Assembly: GCA_900315145.1 (NCBI GenBank)
Contig: OMYE01000016.1
Coordinates: 2,385 to 66,384 of the forward strand
Direction: 5' to 3'
Length of the DNA: 64,000 nt
Source: an uncultured Pseudomonadota bacterium
GTDB taxonomy: Bacteria > Pseudomonadota > Gammaproteobacteria > Enterobacterales > Succinivibrionaceae
Shown here: in pieces, positions 40,427-51,183 of the stretch
Layout of the letters: each line of letters begins with the position of its first letter
How positions within the stretch are numbered: position 1 is the stretch's first letter
The notes under the pieces: model-generated
What the model was told of the DNA's origin: nothing
Databases searched by the model: none
The model's input: the letters and a program-made list of their open reading frames with translations, nothing else
Program-made: the position numbers and the translations under genes

Positions 40427-41818
40427 CTACAGGTTATCCTCTGATTTCTCAATTTCCCTGATAACATCCACTAGAAGATTCTTGATTTCCTCCGGCATTT
40501 CCTTTCCGTTATATACCTCTCTGTACATCCTCGATGCCAGTTCAACCGGAGAGGTAATATCATCAAGAGACTGAACATCATCTTCGTATTTTTCACCTGA
40601 CCCTTTATCGGCGGCACGGACAGTAAATTTAAAATCACAGAATCGGAATACCCTGCCTGAAAGTTCACCTATTTTGCTCTCAATAAGATTCCTGTATACC
40701 CCCTTGTCCCTGAAATCGGTATTATCCGGATCATATTCAGCGAATATCGAACAGAATGGAAGAAGAGCTGCGGGTAATTTTTTCTCCATCAATGACAGCT
40801 TATCCAAAGCCTCCAGCACTGCATTCTCACCGGCATATCCGGATCCACTGGGAATTCTTATAAAATCAACAGTTCTCTCAAATATCTGTGAATTTACAGA
40901 AATCTCATACCTGTTACCACTGTCAGGTTCATCTGCCTGTTTTATATCTACGATATCCACTCCGTGGCGGTATTCACACTCCCCGAAATTTACAGGCAGG
41001 GGAGAACCGCAGTAACGAACACGCCTGTCATCAGTAATATTCTGTCGCAGATGAATATGTCCCAGAGCCACATAATCAAAGCCGTCAAACACGGAGGTAC
41101 CTAAACTCTGCTCTCCTCCTACAACATCGAAGGCTTTATCTCTCTCATCTCCTTTAAGCTTTGTATCTTTGGCAAAAAAATGCCCCATGGCGATAAGCGG
41201 AACATCAACTTTGTTCAGTTCTTCATTATGCTTAATATAATCAAGACACCCTTGGTATATTCCACTGACAGCTGATTCATAGCTGAAATCATCCCTCATC
41301 CCGTTTCTGGCTACATCAAGATTCCATACGATGTTATTGTTAAGATACGGCATAGCTACTACAACAGCCTGCAGACTGCCATCCCTGGTATATACAGGGT
41401 AGATAAGCTTTTTATAATCAACATCTACCCGATCTCGTGAACAATCAGAACAAACAACAGGAAGTTCCCCCACTATTTTCAATCTTTCACAGCATTCCAT
41501 ATATACGGAAACACTGTCTATTTTTCTGGCGCTGTCATGGTTACCGCATGTAATCACTATGTGAAGTTCCGGATATCTCGTACGTATTTCGTTTAGTGTC
41601 ATTCCGAGAAACTTTTCCGCATCAAGAGGAGGATTTATCGTGTCAAAAACATCTCCTGATACCAGCATAAGATGAGGCTTTTTATCCTCTATGATATTTA
41701 TCAGATTCTCTCTGAATCTTTCATACTCTAGGCTTCTGTCAAAATCATGAAGTTTTTTTCCAAGATGCCAGTCTGATGTATGAAGAATCCTTATTTTCAA
41801 ATTATTTAGCTGTTCCAT
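40427..41818 (-). CDS. sbcD: SbcD/Mre11-type nuclease (exonuclease SbcCD subunit D)
   Basis: Calcineurin-like phosphoesterase motifs ILHTSDWHLG, SGDVFD, GNHD and GHIH. Sits immediately upstream of sbcC. Confidence 0.88.
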   Translation of the reverse strand: MEQLNNLKIRILHTSDWHLGKKLHDFDRSLEYERFRENLINIIEDKKPHLMLVSGDVFDTINPPLDAEKFLGMTLNEIRTRYPELHIVITCGNHDSARKIDSVSVYMECCERLKIVGELPVVCSDCSRDRVDVDYKKLIYPVYTRDGSLQAVVVAMPYLNNNIVWNLDVARNGMRDDFSYESAVSGIYQGCLDYIKHNEELNKVDVPLIAMGHFFAKDTKLKGDERDKAFDVVGGEQSLGTSVFDGFDYVALGHIHLRQNITDDRRVRYCGSPLPVNFGECEYRHGVDIVDIKQADEPDSGNRYEISVNSQIFERTVDFIRIPSGSGYAGENAVLEALDKLSLMEKKLPAALLPFCSIFAEYDPDNTDFRDKGVYRNLIESKIGELSGRVFRFCDFKFTVRAADKGSGEKYEDDVQSLDDITSPVELASRMYREVYNGKEMPEEIKNLLVDVIREIEKSEDNL

Positions 41819-42114
41819 TTTTACTTTCCTGAAATTATCACGATTATTATGAAGATGAATCGCCCCACACAGATGCCGATCCTAATATTATTACAATTAT
41901 TTTTTATTATCAATATTGTTTTTAGTCTTTATGTTTAATATATAATACATATCATATTATTATACGATAGACACCTGTTATGTATTTTTATGTGCAATTT
42001 TAGAGGGAAAGGCCGAAAAATTCCGCCCCGAACACCATAGATCGGCCATAAAAAGCCCAAAAAGCCTTTCAACAGCTCAGTCAGGATTGTATCATGATCT
42101 AGTAATACATCATA

Positions 42115-42150
42115 AAAGCAGAAAACCGGAGTCATACTGACTCCGGTTTA
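42115..42150 (-). terminator. Rho-independent terminator after dut
   Basis: 11-bp stem aaccggagtca/tgactccggtt with a 3-nt loop and a U-rich tail on the - strand. Confidence 0.75.
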
Positions 42151-42237
42151 TCCTTATGATTTTCTCTTATAGCGAAATTGCTACTGGAGGATTAATCGGA
42201 CTATAGGATAATCAAATATTCTTCTTAAATCATGAGG

Positions 42238-42672
42238 TTATCTAGTTGAACCAAAACCACCGGCTCCTCTCTCAGTTTCGGTTAATTCATCGGCAATCTC
42301 AATAGTTTCAGTTACCACCGGAACTATAAGACACTGAATAGCTCTGTCTCCTCTTTTAAACATAAATTCTCTGCCGCGACTATTATCACCCTGCTCATCA
42401 ATCACAATATGAGCAATCCATTCTCCGCGGTAATCGGAATCAATAACACCTACGGTATTGCGCAAACCGATTCCTTTAATACCAGCACCTGAACGAGGCA
42501 TCAGTAGAGCCACATGACCAGCCGGAACTTCAGCGGCAAATCCAAGATTTACAACATTGTCTACACCGGCTGTCAGGGTAACGTCACTCTGAAAATAAAT
42601 ATCCATACCGCCTGCGGATGCTGATTTATATTCCGGTTTAATAAAATTATCAACTAACGGTTTTACACGCAT
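42238..42672 (-). CDS. dut: dUTP diphosphatase (trimeric dUTPase family), divergent
   Basis: 144 aa with motifs SAGGMDI, PRSGAG, GVIDSDYRGE and a C-terminal RGAGGFGST. Confidence 0.8.
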   Translation of the reverse strand: MRVKPLVDNFIKPEYKSASAGGMDIYFQSDVTLTAGVDNVVNLGFAAEVPAGHVALLMPRSGAGIKGIGLRNTVGVIDSDYRGEWIAHIVIDEQGDNSRGREFMFKRGDRAIQCLIVPVVTETIEIADELTETERGAGGFGSTR

Positions 42673-42920
42673 TCTTACCGAACTCCTAAAACAATTAAAT
42701 ATGAATAATATCTGCCTTCTACCAACTAATTACTGACAGATGTTTTCTGCCGGAACAGAACGCCGGCTCTTCACTAACGTAAAACAAACAGCTTTAAATA
42801 TAAAAAAAGTAATGACTGCAAATCATTACCTTTTAGTAATAAATATGGATGATTATAAACGAAATAAGGTAAATAAACAAAAATGTCCTTAATGCTGCAA
42901 TCCTGCTCCCGTAAGCTTTT

Positions 42921-43595
42921 CTATTTTTGTTTTCTGTCTTCCGGATAGATAATAAAGCCGTTTCTTTCTCTGGCTCTTTCAAGAAAAACCTTAAGCCTGC
43001 TGTTTCCGGCCACATCAGAACTGCAGTTCGGCCAGCACAGATCCCCTATTGCTTTCGCATCCATCTCATTATAGAAATTCTCCGGAAGGGGTATTGAATT
43101 ACTGCAACCGCCCATACTGCTCGCTGAAATTCCTGGACTGTTACATTCCTCGTAGATACGCGGTGTTCCAGCGGCTGAGAACTTCAAAATTACAACAGTT
43201 CTGCCGTATCCGGAATAACTGCCGAATCTGACCAGTTCTAAATCCATATGCATAAACCGGAGATTATGCTCCAAGGCAAATTTCTCTGCATAGCTACTGA
43301 ATTCCCCTCGTATAACCACGCCGTTTTCCCTGAATATACGCAAAGTATCATCTGTCACACCTATGCTGGTGACACTTGCCGGAACAATCAACTCCTTCAG
43401 AGTGGCAAATTCATCCAAAAATCCCTTCTCAACTGCAGTTATTCCTGTTTTAATAACAAATGAAACAAATTTGTTTCTTCTGATAAAATCATCCCGGTTA
43501 TACTTAGTTCTGTTAAGATCACTGCATCTTAACACACCGGTTCCTACCGCCTCAATGCCGTCATAATTCGTATCAAAACAAACTTCTATTTTCAT
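42921..43595 (-). CDS. hypothetical protein, possibly with BspA-type leucine-rich-repeat-like segments
   Basis: The ORF has GGAG 7 nt upstream of the ATG at 43595 (MKIEVCFD...). Segments like ITAVEKGFLDEFATLKELIVPASVTSIG resemble LRR_5 repeats, but this assignment is weak. Confidence 0.4.
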   Translation of the reverse strand: MKIEVCFDTNYDGIEAVGTGVLRCSDLNRTKYNRDDFIRRNKFVSFVIKTGITAVEKGFLDEFATLKELIVPASVTSIGVTDDTLRIFRENGVVIRGEFSSYAEKFALEHNLRFMHMDLELVRFGSYSGYGRTVVILKFSAAGTPRIYEECNSPGISASSMGGCSNSIPLPENFYNEMDAKAIGDLCWPNCSSDVAGNSRLKVFLERARERNGFIIYPEDRKQK

Positions 43596-44162
43596 TTCTG
43601 TACTCCGGATCTTGTGCAATATGCAATAAAAAAACATCCCGTATTCATTATCGTTACCTCTGCAGAAAATAATCATAAATTCTGACGGTAAAATAAAAAA
43701 AACATCATAGACATTATTTCAGTGAATCTTTCTTAAGACAAAGCCCCTTTCTTATATATATGATCAATAACCAAGATTTATGTTACGTGTAATTCTCAGT
43801 GATAATTACTCAAAAAAAACAGGTTCTACAACCTAACTTTGCAAATATACATAAAAAAACAACCTCCATAGTATTTTCTCTAATCAGAATTAAGTATTAT
43901 TAAGCTGACAGAACCTATGAATTTCCCGATTTCAAAAAAAGAGAATTTTCAAAAACGTAAGCAGCTTTTTATTGGTTCCACTGTTTAGTCAGTTATTCAT
44001 AAGCATCACAATTCACTGAACGTCATTCTGCAACACAGATATATCAGGATGTTTTAGAGAAACTACTATCGTCAGGATATAAATCCTGCTTATATCGTAC
44101 TTATTCACAGCATGCGTAAAAATTTGTATAATGCTGAAAATTTAATTGAGGATTAATACACT

Positions 44163-44462
44163 ATGGAATTAACAACCAAGCAGAAGCTTTACCTTAAGAG
44201 TAAGGCTCATGATCTTAAGCCAGTCGTAATGATCGGACAGAAAGGCATTACCGCTAATGTAATTGAAGAAATTAAGAGTTCAATTGATCATCATGAACTT
44301 ATTAAGGTTAAGATTGCCGGACTGGAAAAGGAAGATAGAGAAGCAGTAGCCCTCGAGCTTTCAGAAAAAGCTGATATCGCACTGGTACAGATTCTGGGAA
44401 GTAATGCTACCTACTTTAAACAAAAGAAGAAAGAATCAGCATTTAATCTTCCAAAAGAATAA
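44163..44462 (+). CDS. yhbY: CRS1/YhbY-family RNA-binding protein
   Basis: 99 aa. LTTKQKLYLKSKAHDLKPVVMIGQKGITANVIEEI...HELIKVKI is colinear with E. coli YhbY, and the gene is adjacent to greA as in E. coli. Confidence 0.88.
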   Translation: MELTTKQKLYLKSKAHDLKPVVMIGQKGITANVIEEIKSSIDHHELIKVKIAGLEKEDREAVALELSEKADIALVQILGSNATYFKQKKKESAFNLPKE

Positions 44463-44627
44463 TGCCCCGGGTATACTGAACTCCGTAATATAAAAACCCC
44501 TGGTGTCTAACTTCTGCTGAAATGAATAGCCTTTACATACCCAGGCTTCATAAAAACAGGTAAGTAGCAGACATTCAGGAACTCAATATAATGGTTATTT
44601 CAGTAACTTCAGGATTAAGGAATTATT

Positions 44628-44969
44628 ATGCCTTTTATTGATGCAAAAATTTCACTACCTCTAACCCGGGAGCAGAAAGATAAACTTAAGACTAGATTCG
44701 GTCAGGCCATATCCATTCTGCATAAGCCGGAATCCTACCTCATGATTAATATTGCCGATAGTCAGAGTCTTTATTTTGCCGGTAAGGCGCTTGAAAAAGG
44801 AGCCTACATAGCCATTTCGGTTTTCGGCCAGGTAAACGCAGGTGATAGCAATAAAATGACCGGAGAGGTATGCAGAATTCTGAATGAGGAGCTAGACATT
44901 CCGGGTAATGCCGTATATGTCTCCTACCATCCGGTAGCCAATTGGGGATGGAACGGCAGTAATTTCTAA
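44628..44969 (+). CDS. tautomerase/MIF-superfamily protein
   Basis: 113 aa starting Met-Pro-Phe (catalytic Pro1) with an MIF-like C-terminal W-G-W-N-G-S-N-F. Confidence 0.6.
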   Translation: MPFIDAKISLPLTREQKDKLKTRFGQAISILHKPESYLMINIADSQSLYFAGKALEKGAYIAISVFGQVNAGDSNKMTGEVCRILNEELDIPGNAVYVSYHPVANWGWNGSNF

Positions 44970-45027
44970 TTTATGGAATTATGCGTATGTAGGCATACCG
45001 GGAAATATAATACAGCGTATAAGACGC

Positions 45028-45066
45028 AAAAAAAAAAGAGGGGCTGACACTCCTCTTTTTTTTTGC
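45028..45066. terminator. bidirectional terminator between the tautomerase gene and greA
   Basis: A10, then stem aagagg/cctctt, then T9. Confidence 0.7.
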
Positions 45067-45087
45067 ATAGTACTTGATATTCAGATA

Positions 45088-45573
45088 CTAAACATAAAGA
45101 ATATCGTTAATATAGTAGGTTACCTTTCCCTTTGGAGTAACAATTTCTACTTCATCATCGACATATTTGCCCATAAGGCCTCGGGCAATCGGAGTTTTAT
45201 AGGAAAGAAGACCATTGGTAACATCTGATTCATGTTCACCGACAATCTTATAGGTGATTTCTGTACCATCATCCTTTTCAAGTTTGACTGTAGCACCAAA
45301 AACAACCTTCTTTTCGCCATCAACCTTAACTTTCTTGATATCAATAATTTCAGCAGTAGATAACTGCACTTCAAGGTCCTTGATTTTAGCTTCACACATC
45401 CCCTGGGCTTCACGGGCTGCATGATATTCGGCATTTTCCTTCAAATCGCCATGTTCTCTGGCTTCAGCAATTAATTCAGAAATACGTGGACGTTCGGTAC
45501 CTTTTAAGAACTCAAGCTCCTTACGTATTGCATCAGCACCCTGAACGGTCATAGGAGTTCTATCCATTATCAT
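45088..45573 (-). CDS. greA: transcription elongation factor GreA
   Basis: 161 aa with [19 protein letters not shown]...[18 protein letters not shown], typical GreA. Confidence 0.95.
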   Translation of the reverse strand: MIMDRTPMTVQGADAIRKELEFLKGTERPRISELIAEAREHGDLKENAEYHAAREAQGMCEAKIKDLEVQLSTAEIIDIKKVKVDGEKKVVFGATVKLEKDDGTEITYKIVGEHESDVTNGLLSYKTPIARGLMGKYVDDEVEIVTPKGKVTYYINDILYV

Positions 45574-45788
45574 ACCTCATATTTTTAGAATAAAAAAAAG
45601 AGAACCAACCATATGAAATATGGCTGATCCATAAAAAAATGTATTATCGTAAGCTTCTTGTTACAGCAAAAAAATCAGTAACAGACATTGTTACCATTTT
45701 AACCCAGTATAAAAGAAATACTTATATATTTCTCACAACTTTAAATTTTTCGGTATCACATGCCTATATATTACACGCAAACATCATC

Positions 45789-46952
45789 TTAATCTTTCTT
45801 AAAGAAAGAAGCGAGCTTATCAAGGAAAGACTGTTTCATTGGTTCATGCTTTTCTTTCTTACTGTCTTTATTTGAAAGAGACTCTTCAAACTTCTTCAAC
45901 AGTTCCTTCTGTTCGTTATTCAGGTTGACAGGAACTTCAACAATCATATTGCAGTACAGATCACCAACCATGCTGCCTCTAAGTGATGGAACCCCCTTAC
46001 CTCTAGCTCTCAGCTGAGTACCTGACTGAGTACCGGCCTGAACCTTAAGCTTAATACTGCGACCATCAAGTGTAGGAACCTCAACATCACCGCCGATAGC
46101 AGCTGTTGTGAAGCTGATTGGCACATTCACGAACAGGTTAAGTCCTTCTCTTTCGAAGATTGCATGAGGTTTAACTCTGATGAATACATAAAGATCTCCT
46201 GCCGGAGCTCCATTACGTCCAGCCTCCCCCTTTCCAGGAACTGTAAGTCTTGTTCCGTCTTCAACACCTGCCGGAATGTTGACTTCAATCTCTTCCTTGC
46301 TGCTGTACCGACCTTCGCCATTACACTTTTTACATGGTTTCTCAAAAATCTTACCGGTACCATGACACTTAGGACAGGTTTCCTGAATTCTGAATATGCT
46401 GTTGCCCTTCATGATCACACCATGACCATGACAGGTAGGACATTCCTTGGTTGCAGAACCAGGCTCTGCACCGGTTCCCTTACAACAGTCACAGGTTACA
46501 TTTTTGTTGATACGGAAGGTTTTCTTTATACCATGCACAGCTTCTTCAAGAGTAAGATTTACAGAAAGCTGCAAATCCTCTCCAGGTTGACTGGTGCTTG
46601 TACGTCTGTTACCACGCGCACCAAAGATATCACTGAAAGCTTCACCGAAGATGTCGCTAAAATCAAAGCCTCCGGCACCGCCAAAGCCACCGAATCCACC
46701 TCCGAAGCCCCCACCGCCCTGATTAGGATCGACACCGGCAAAACCGTACTGATCGTATGCAGCACGCTTTTGCGGATCACTTAAAACAGCATAAGCTTCG
46801 TTAATTTCCTTAAATTTTTCTTCTGCACCCGGTTCCTTGTTACGATCCGGATGATATTTCATTGCCAGACGTTTAAACGCTCTCTTGATTGTCTGATCAT
46901 CTGAATTCTTATCGACACCCAATACTTCGTAATAATCACGCTTATCTGCCAT
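45789..46952 (-). CDS. dnaJ: molecular chaperone DnaJ
   Basis: J domain with HPD (KYHPDRN), a G/F region and four CxxCxGxG zinc-finger repeats. Confidence 0.97.
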   Translation of the reverse strand: MADKRDYYEVLGVDKNSDDQTIKRAFKRLAMKYHPDRNKEPGAEEKFKEINEAYAVLSDPQKRAAYDQYGFAGVDPNQGGGGFGGGFGGFGGAGGFDFSDIFGEAFSDIFGARGNRRTSTSQPGEDLQLSVNLTLEEAVHGIKKTFRINKNVTCDCCKGTGAEPGSATKECPTCHGHGVIMKGNSIFRIQETCPKCHGTGKIFEKPCKKCNGEGRYSSKEEIEVNIPAGVEDGTRLTVPGKGEAGRNGAPAGDLYVFIRVKPHAIFEREGLNLFVNVPISFTTAAIGGDVEVPTLDGRSIKLKVQAGTQSGTQLRARGKGVPSLRGSMVGDLYCNMIVEVPVNLNNEQKELLKKFEESLSNKDSKKEKHEPMKQSFLDKLASFFKKD

Positions 46953-47437
46953 AAAGAATACTTCCTAAATAAAGTGCTAAAACCATGAATATATTGGTCT
47001 CAAAGACATCATTGTACTTTATTAAAATTCCTTGCATTTTGACATCATTTTTCTTAAAAGGTTTTTTAAAATACTGGTTATACACCTACCTTTAAAAAAC
47101 CGGCATATTACATTCTATGGATTCAATGCCAGTTGATATCTGAAGGTTTTAATTCTTTAATAACTGGCCTGTTTTTCACACCATTGACAGGACTGAAAAA
47201 GATAACAAAAGACTTTATCTAAATCAACGCTAAAACAGGCATTTATTATTATATCCACCGGTAGAAAACAGTTCCCGGCAAATATCTGATATCCAGGAGT
47301 TTGTTTTTTCATCCTATAAGTGAATCTTTTTGTTCTCTAAACATACAAGTAACGGACTCCGTCTTTAAACGTTGTCCGTCACCTAATATTACATCAGTTC
47401 AATGGATTCACTTTAACAGATTTCTGATTCCGTTCTA

Positions 47438-49351
47438 TTAAACTTCTTCAAAGTCTGCATCACGTGCACCGCCGTTGGCATTGCTGCCTGCATTAGCGTT
47501 AGCACCTGCATTGGCACCTGGGTTAGCACCTGCACCAGCCTGCTGAGCATACTGAGATAAAGAACCGGCAACATCCTGAAGTTTCTTTTCAGCAGCTTCG
47601 ATGGCAGCTAAATCATCGCCACGGCATGCATTTTCAAGATTGTTGATAGCCTGATTAAGTTCAGTCTTAATGTTTTCAGGTAATTTATCACCGTTTTCAG
47701 ACATCTGCTTCTTATAGCTGTGGATAACAGCATCAGCACGATTGCGTGCATTAGCAAGGTCAGCGAACTTTTTATCTTCAGCTGAATGCTGTTCAGCTTC
47801 ACGAACCATCTTCTGAATTTCTTCTTCTGACAGACCTGATGAAGACTGAATAGTAATCTTCTGTTCCTTACCGGTGTTCTTGTCCTTAGCACTTACATGG
47901 ATACAACCATCAGCATCGATATCGAATGTTACTTCAATCTGTGGAACACCACGTGGAGCTGGAGCAATACCATCGAGGTTGAAGTTACCTAACAGTTTGT
48001 TGTCCGCAGCACGCTTACGTTCACCCTGGAGTACACGAATGGTTACTGCAGGCTGATTATCTTCAGCAGTGGAGAAGGTCATGCTCTTCTTTGTAGGAAT
48101 TGTAGTATTCTTTTCAATCAAGGCAGTCATAACACCACCGAGGGTCTCAATACCGAGTGATAAAGGAGTAACGTCGAGAAGAAGAACGTCAGTCTTATCA
48201 CCTGACAATACAGAACCCTGAATTGCAGCACCAACAGCTACAGCTTCGTCAGGATTTACGTCCTTACGAGGTTCCTTACCAAAGAATTCAGAAACAACCT
48301 TCTGAACCAGTGGCATACGGGTCTGACCACCAACAAGCAATACTTCATCAACATCACTCTTTGAAAGACCGGCATCCTTAAGAGCTGTCTTAACAGGTTC
48401 AAGTGACTTAACAACCAGATCTTCAACCAAAGATTCGAGCTTAGCACGGGTAAGCTTGATATTCATATGCTTAGGACCGGTAGCATCTGCTGTGATGTAA
48501 GGAAGGTTAACATCAGTCTGTGTAGCTGAAGAAAGTTCAATCTTAGCCTTTTCAGCTGCTTCCTTCAAACGCTGTAATGCAAGAATATCCTGTCTTAAAT
48601 CGATATTGTTACTGATCTTGAATTCATCAATCAGGTAGTTAATCAGCAGGTTATCGAAATCCTCACCACCTAAGTGTGTATCACCGTTGGTTGAAAGAAC
48701 TTCAAAAGTCTTTTCACCATCAACTTCATCAATATCAATGATTGAAATATCAAATGTACCGCCACCAAGGTCGTATACGGCAATTTTCTTTTCACCCTTA
48801 ACCTTATCTTCACCGTAAGCCATAGCTGCTGCGGTTGGTTCGTTGATAATACGTTTTACATTGAGACCTGCGATACGGCCGGCATCCTTTGTAGCCTGAC
48901 GCTGCTGGTCATTAAAGTATGCAGGTACTGTAATAACTGCTTCAGTAACTTCTTCACCGAGGATATCTTCAGCAGTCTTCTTCATCTTCTTTAATACTTC
49001 TGCAGAAACCTGTGGAGGAGCCATTTCCTTGTCTTTTACGCTAACCCAGGCATCACCGTTAGTTGACTTGACAATCTTGAAAGGCATGATTGAAATATCA
49101 CGCTGAACTTCAACATCATCAAAACGACGACCGATAAGTCTCTTGATAGCGAATAAAGTGTTCTTAGGGTTGGTAACAGCCTGACGCTTAGCAACATCAC
49201 CTACTAAAATTTCGCCATCTTCAGTATAACCGATAATTGACGGAGTTGTACGATGACCTTCAGCGTTCTCTAAAACACGTGCAGTACCATTTTCGTATAC
49301 TGCAACACATGAGTTGGTTGTACCAAGGTCAATACCGATAATCTTACCCAT
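47438..49351 (-). CDS. dnaK: molecular chaperone DnaK (Hsp70)
   Basis: 637 aa with [13 protein letters not shown] and [10 protein letters not shown] motifs and a C-terminal ...DFEEV. Confidence 0.98.
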   Translation of the reverse strand: MGKIIGIDLGTTNSCVAVYENGTARVLENAEGHRTTPSIIGYTEDGEILVGDVAKRQAVTNPKNTLFAIKRLIGRRFDDVEVQRDISIMPFKIVKSTNGDAWVSVKDKEMAPPQVSAEVLKKMKKTAEDILGEEVTEAVITVPAYFNDQQRQATKDAGRIAGLNVKRIINEPTAAAMAYGEDKVKGEKKIAVYDLGGGTFDISIIDIDEVDGEKTFEVLSTNGDTHLGGEDFDNLLINYLIDEFKISNNIDLRQDILALQRLKEAAEKAKIELSSATQTDVNLPYITADATGPKHMNIKLTRAKLESLVEDLVVKSLEPVKTALKDAGLSKSDVDEVLLVGGQTRMPLVQKVVSEFFGKEPRKDVNPDEAVAVGAAIQGSVLSGDKTDVLLLDVTPLSLGIETLGGVMTALIEKNTTIPTKKSMTFSTAEDNQPAVTIRVLQGERKRAADNKLLGNFNLDGIAPAPRGVPQIEVTFDIDADGCIHVSAKDKNTGKEQKITIQSSSGLSEEEIQKMVREAEQHSAEDKKFADLANARNRADAVIHSYKKQMSENGDKLPENIKTELNQAINNLENACRGDDLAAIEAAEKKLQDVAGSLSQYAQQAGAGANPGANAGANANAGSNANGGARDADFEEV

Positions 49352-49433
49352 TTTGAGTCTCCTATTAAAATATTCTTTAAGCTGTGTTTTTCTTCATTAT
49401 CTTTACAGCTTGTTTTTTATCTCTACACTATTT

Positions 49434-49461
49434 AAATAATGCTATGTTTTCCACTTTCAAG
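49434..49461 (-). promoter_or_regulatory. sigma-32-like promoter candidate for dnaK
   Basis: The - strand reads CTTGAAA-N13-CATTATTT, ~80-110 nt upstream of the dnaK ATG. It has the same pattern as the grpE candidate. Confidence 0.35.
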
Positions 49462-49715
49462 ATCAAATAAAAAAAATTTTTAATTTTTTTTATTTTTTTA
49501 TTTAAAAAATGTCTGATATCTCCGCTAGAGACTGGAAATTCCTTTGTTCAGAAGCTTACTTTGGAACCGCATATCATTATTTTTAATAAAAATATTATTT
49601 TTATCTTAAGAAAATCTCCGAAAATAATCTAAAAAAAACTGGATATAAAAAACCCTGATTCCATCAGGAATCAGGGAAATGTCTGATTATTCGAAAAAAA
49701 ACTTTACCGGATGAT

Positions 49716-50540
49716 TTACATAGCGCGTGAAACAACCACGAGAGCCGGCTTGATTACGCGGCCGTTGAGCACGTATCCCTTCTGAACCACATCGATAACA
49801 TGGTTAGCTGGAAGATTCGGATGAGGAACGTGCTGAATAGCCTGATGGAAATTAGGATCGAAAGGTTCCCCCTTAGGATCAAGCACCTGCACACCGTTCT
49901 TGCTGATAGCCTTCAGAATGAGTTCAAATGTCATTTCCAGACCATTAATCATATCCTTCTGAGCTTCATTTGAGCGGTCGGCGTAGAATAAAGCCTGTTC
50001 AAGAGGTTCAAGGCTAGGGATAAGATCCTTAATAAAGCCTTCCAGTGCAAAACTCTTGGCTTTAGCAATCTCATTCTCACTTCTAGTCTGAATACGCTTG
50101 ATTTCCTCATCTCTGGTCTGCAGAGCTTCGTTAAGCTTCTTTTGGGTAACTTCCATTAATTTTTGAACTTTATCCTTCTGTTCAGCTTCAGCATTCTTCT
50201 TGAATTCTTCATACTGACTCATTACAGTAGCCTTTTCAGCTGCAAGGGTATCAAGCTTTCTTTTCATTTCAGCCTTCAGCAGCTCCTTTTCAGTTCTAAT
50301 CTGTTTAATAGACAGACGTGCAGAAAGCAAATCTGTTCTTAACTGTTCCGGTGTCAGATTGGCAATACTCTCTTCTACACATTCATTATCATTTTTTTCT
50401 TCTGCTGACGCTTCCTTTACTTCAGCCTGATTTTCATTCTGCTGTTCTGCAGACTCTGTCTGCTGGGGATTCTGCTGTTCGGTCTGATTCTCAGCATTTT
50501 CTGCCTCATTGAAATTATTCTGAGTTTCCTGCTCACTCAT
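49716..50540 (-). CDS. grpE: nucleotide exchange factor GrpE with a Q/E/N-rich N-terminal extension
   Basis: The C-terminal ~190 aa are typical GrpE (...DPNFHQAIQHVP...VIDVVQKGYVLNGRVIKPALVVV). The first ~70 aa are low complexity. Confidence 0.92.
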   Translation of the reverse strand: MSEQETQNNFNEAENAENQTEQQNPQQTESAEQQNENQAEVKEASAEEKNDNECVEESIANLTPEQLRTDLLSARLSIKQIRTEKELLKAEMKRKLDTLAAEKATVMSQYEEFKKNAEAEQKDKVQKLMEVTQKKLNEALQTRDEEIKRIQTRSENEIAKAKSFALEGFIKDLIPSLEPLEQALFYADRSNEAQKDMINGLEMTFELILKAISKNGVQVLDPKGEPFDPNFHQAIQHVPHPNLPANHVIDVVQKGYVLNGRVIKPALVVVSRAM

Positions 50541-50583
50541 GAAAATGTTCTCCTAAACTAAAAAAATAAAAATCTACTCTGAA

Positions 50584-50611
50584 ATATAGTGATTAATTTT
50601 ACAAATTCAAC
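50584..50611 (-). promoter_or_regulatory. sigma-32-like promoter candidate for grpE
   Basis: The - strand reads GTTGAAT-N13-CACTATAT, ~44 nt upstream of the grpE ATG. Confidence 0.35.
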
Positions 50612-50826
50612 AACTTATGTCAAATAATAACGTTTTATTCCATATAAAAAGTCAATTCATACTGACGTGTTCTTTTAATCGGCAAAAGCCACCGGCATTA
50701 AAAAAATAATTGCCATTTGTTTTAATTACCTTATAATTGACCCGTAAATGTAAATAATGTCACATTTATGATATTTTTCTCTTTTAAGGTTTTTTATAAA
50801 TCACCGGAAATACAGGAATCATTATC

Positions 50827-51183
50827 ATGTGGTACATAGTTGCAGGTTGTGTGTTTTTACTTGTAATAAGCAATGTATTCCAAAACATTGCCTGGTATGG
50901 TCATTTAAGTAAATTATCAGATCAACCGGTATACATCGCCATACTGGTATCATGGCTGATTGCTCTTATAGAATATGCATTGATGGTTCCGGCAAACCGC
51001 TACGCTCACGATTATTTCACCGTCGGTCAGCTCAAAATCATGCAAGAGGTAATTACCCTTACCGTGTTTGTTCCACTATCAATAACTCTTTTCGGGGAAA
51101 AATGGAACTGGGACTACCTGTGGGCGGCATTATGCATGGTTGGAGCCGTATTCTTTGCCTTCAGGTCAAAACTTTTCGCCTGA
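50827..51183 (+). CDS. small DMT-superfamily membrane protein (DUF486 type)
   Basis: 118 aa with 4 TM segments. The motif GQLKIMQEVITLTVFVP is typical of this family. Confidence 0.65.
   Translation: MWYIVAGCVFLLVISNVFQNIAWYGHLSKLSDQPVYIAILVSWLIALIEYALMVPANRYAHDYFTVGQLKIMQEVITLTVFVPLSITLFGEKWNWDYLWAALCMVGAVFFAFRSKLFA

Noticed and set aside
46164-46784. 206-aa + strand ORF inside dnaJ. The many other 60-180-aa antisense or overlapping ORFs belong here too, for example 16004-16549, 14756-15211, 15407-15763, 22344-22721, 33913-34248 and 40674-41015.
   Set aside because: Each lies entirely within a well-supported gene on the opposite strand or in another frame, has a low-complexity or Ser/Leu/Cys-rich composition, and lacks an SD. 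These are shadow ORFs.
46971-46984. CIRCE (HrcA operator) half-site AGTGCTAA upstream of dnaJ
   Set aside because: Only one arm is present. There is no TTAGCACTC partner 9 nt away.
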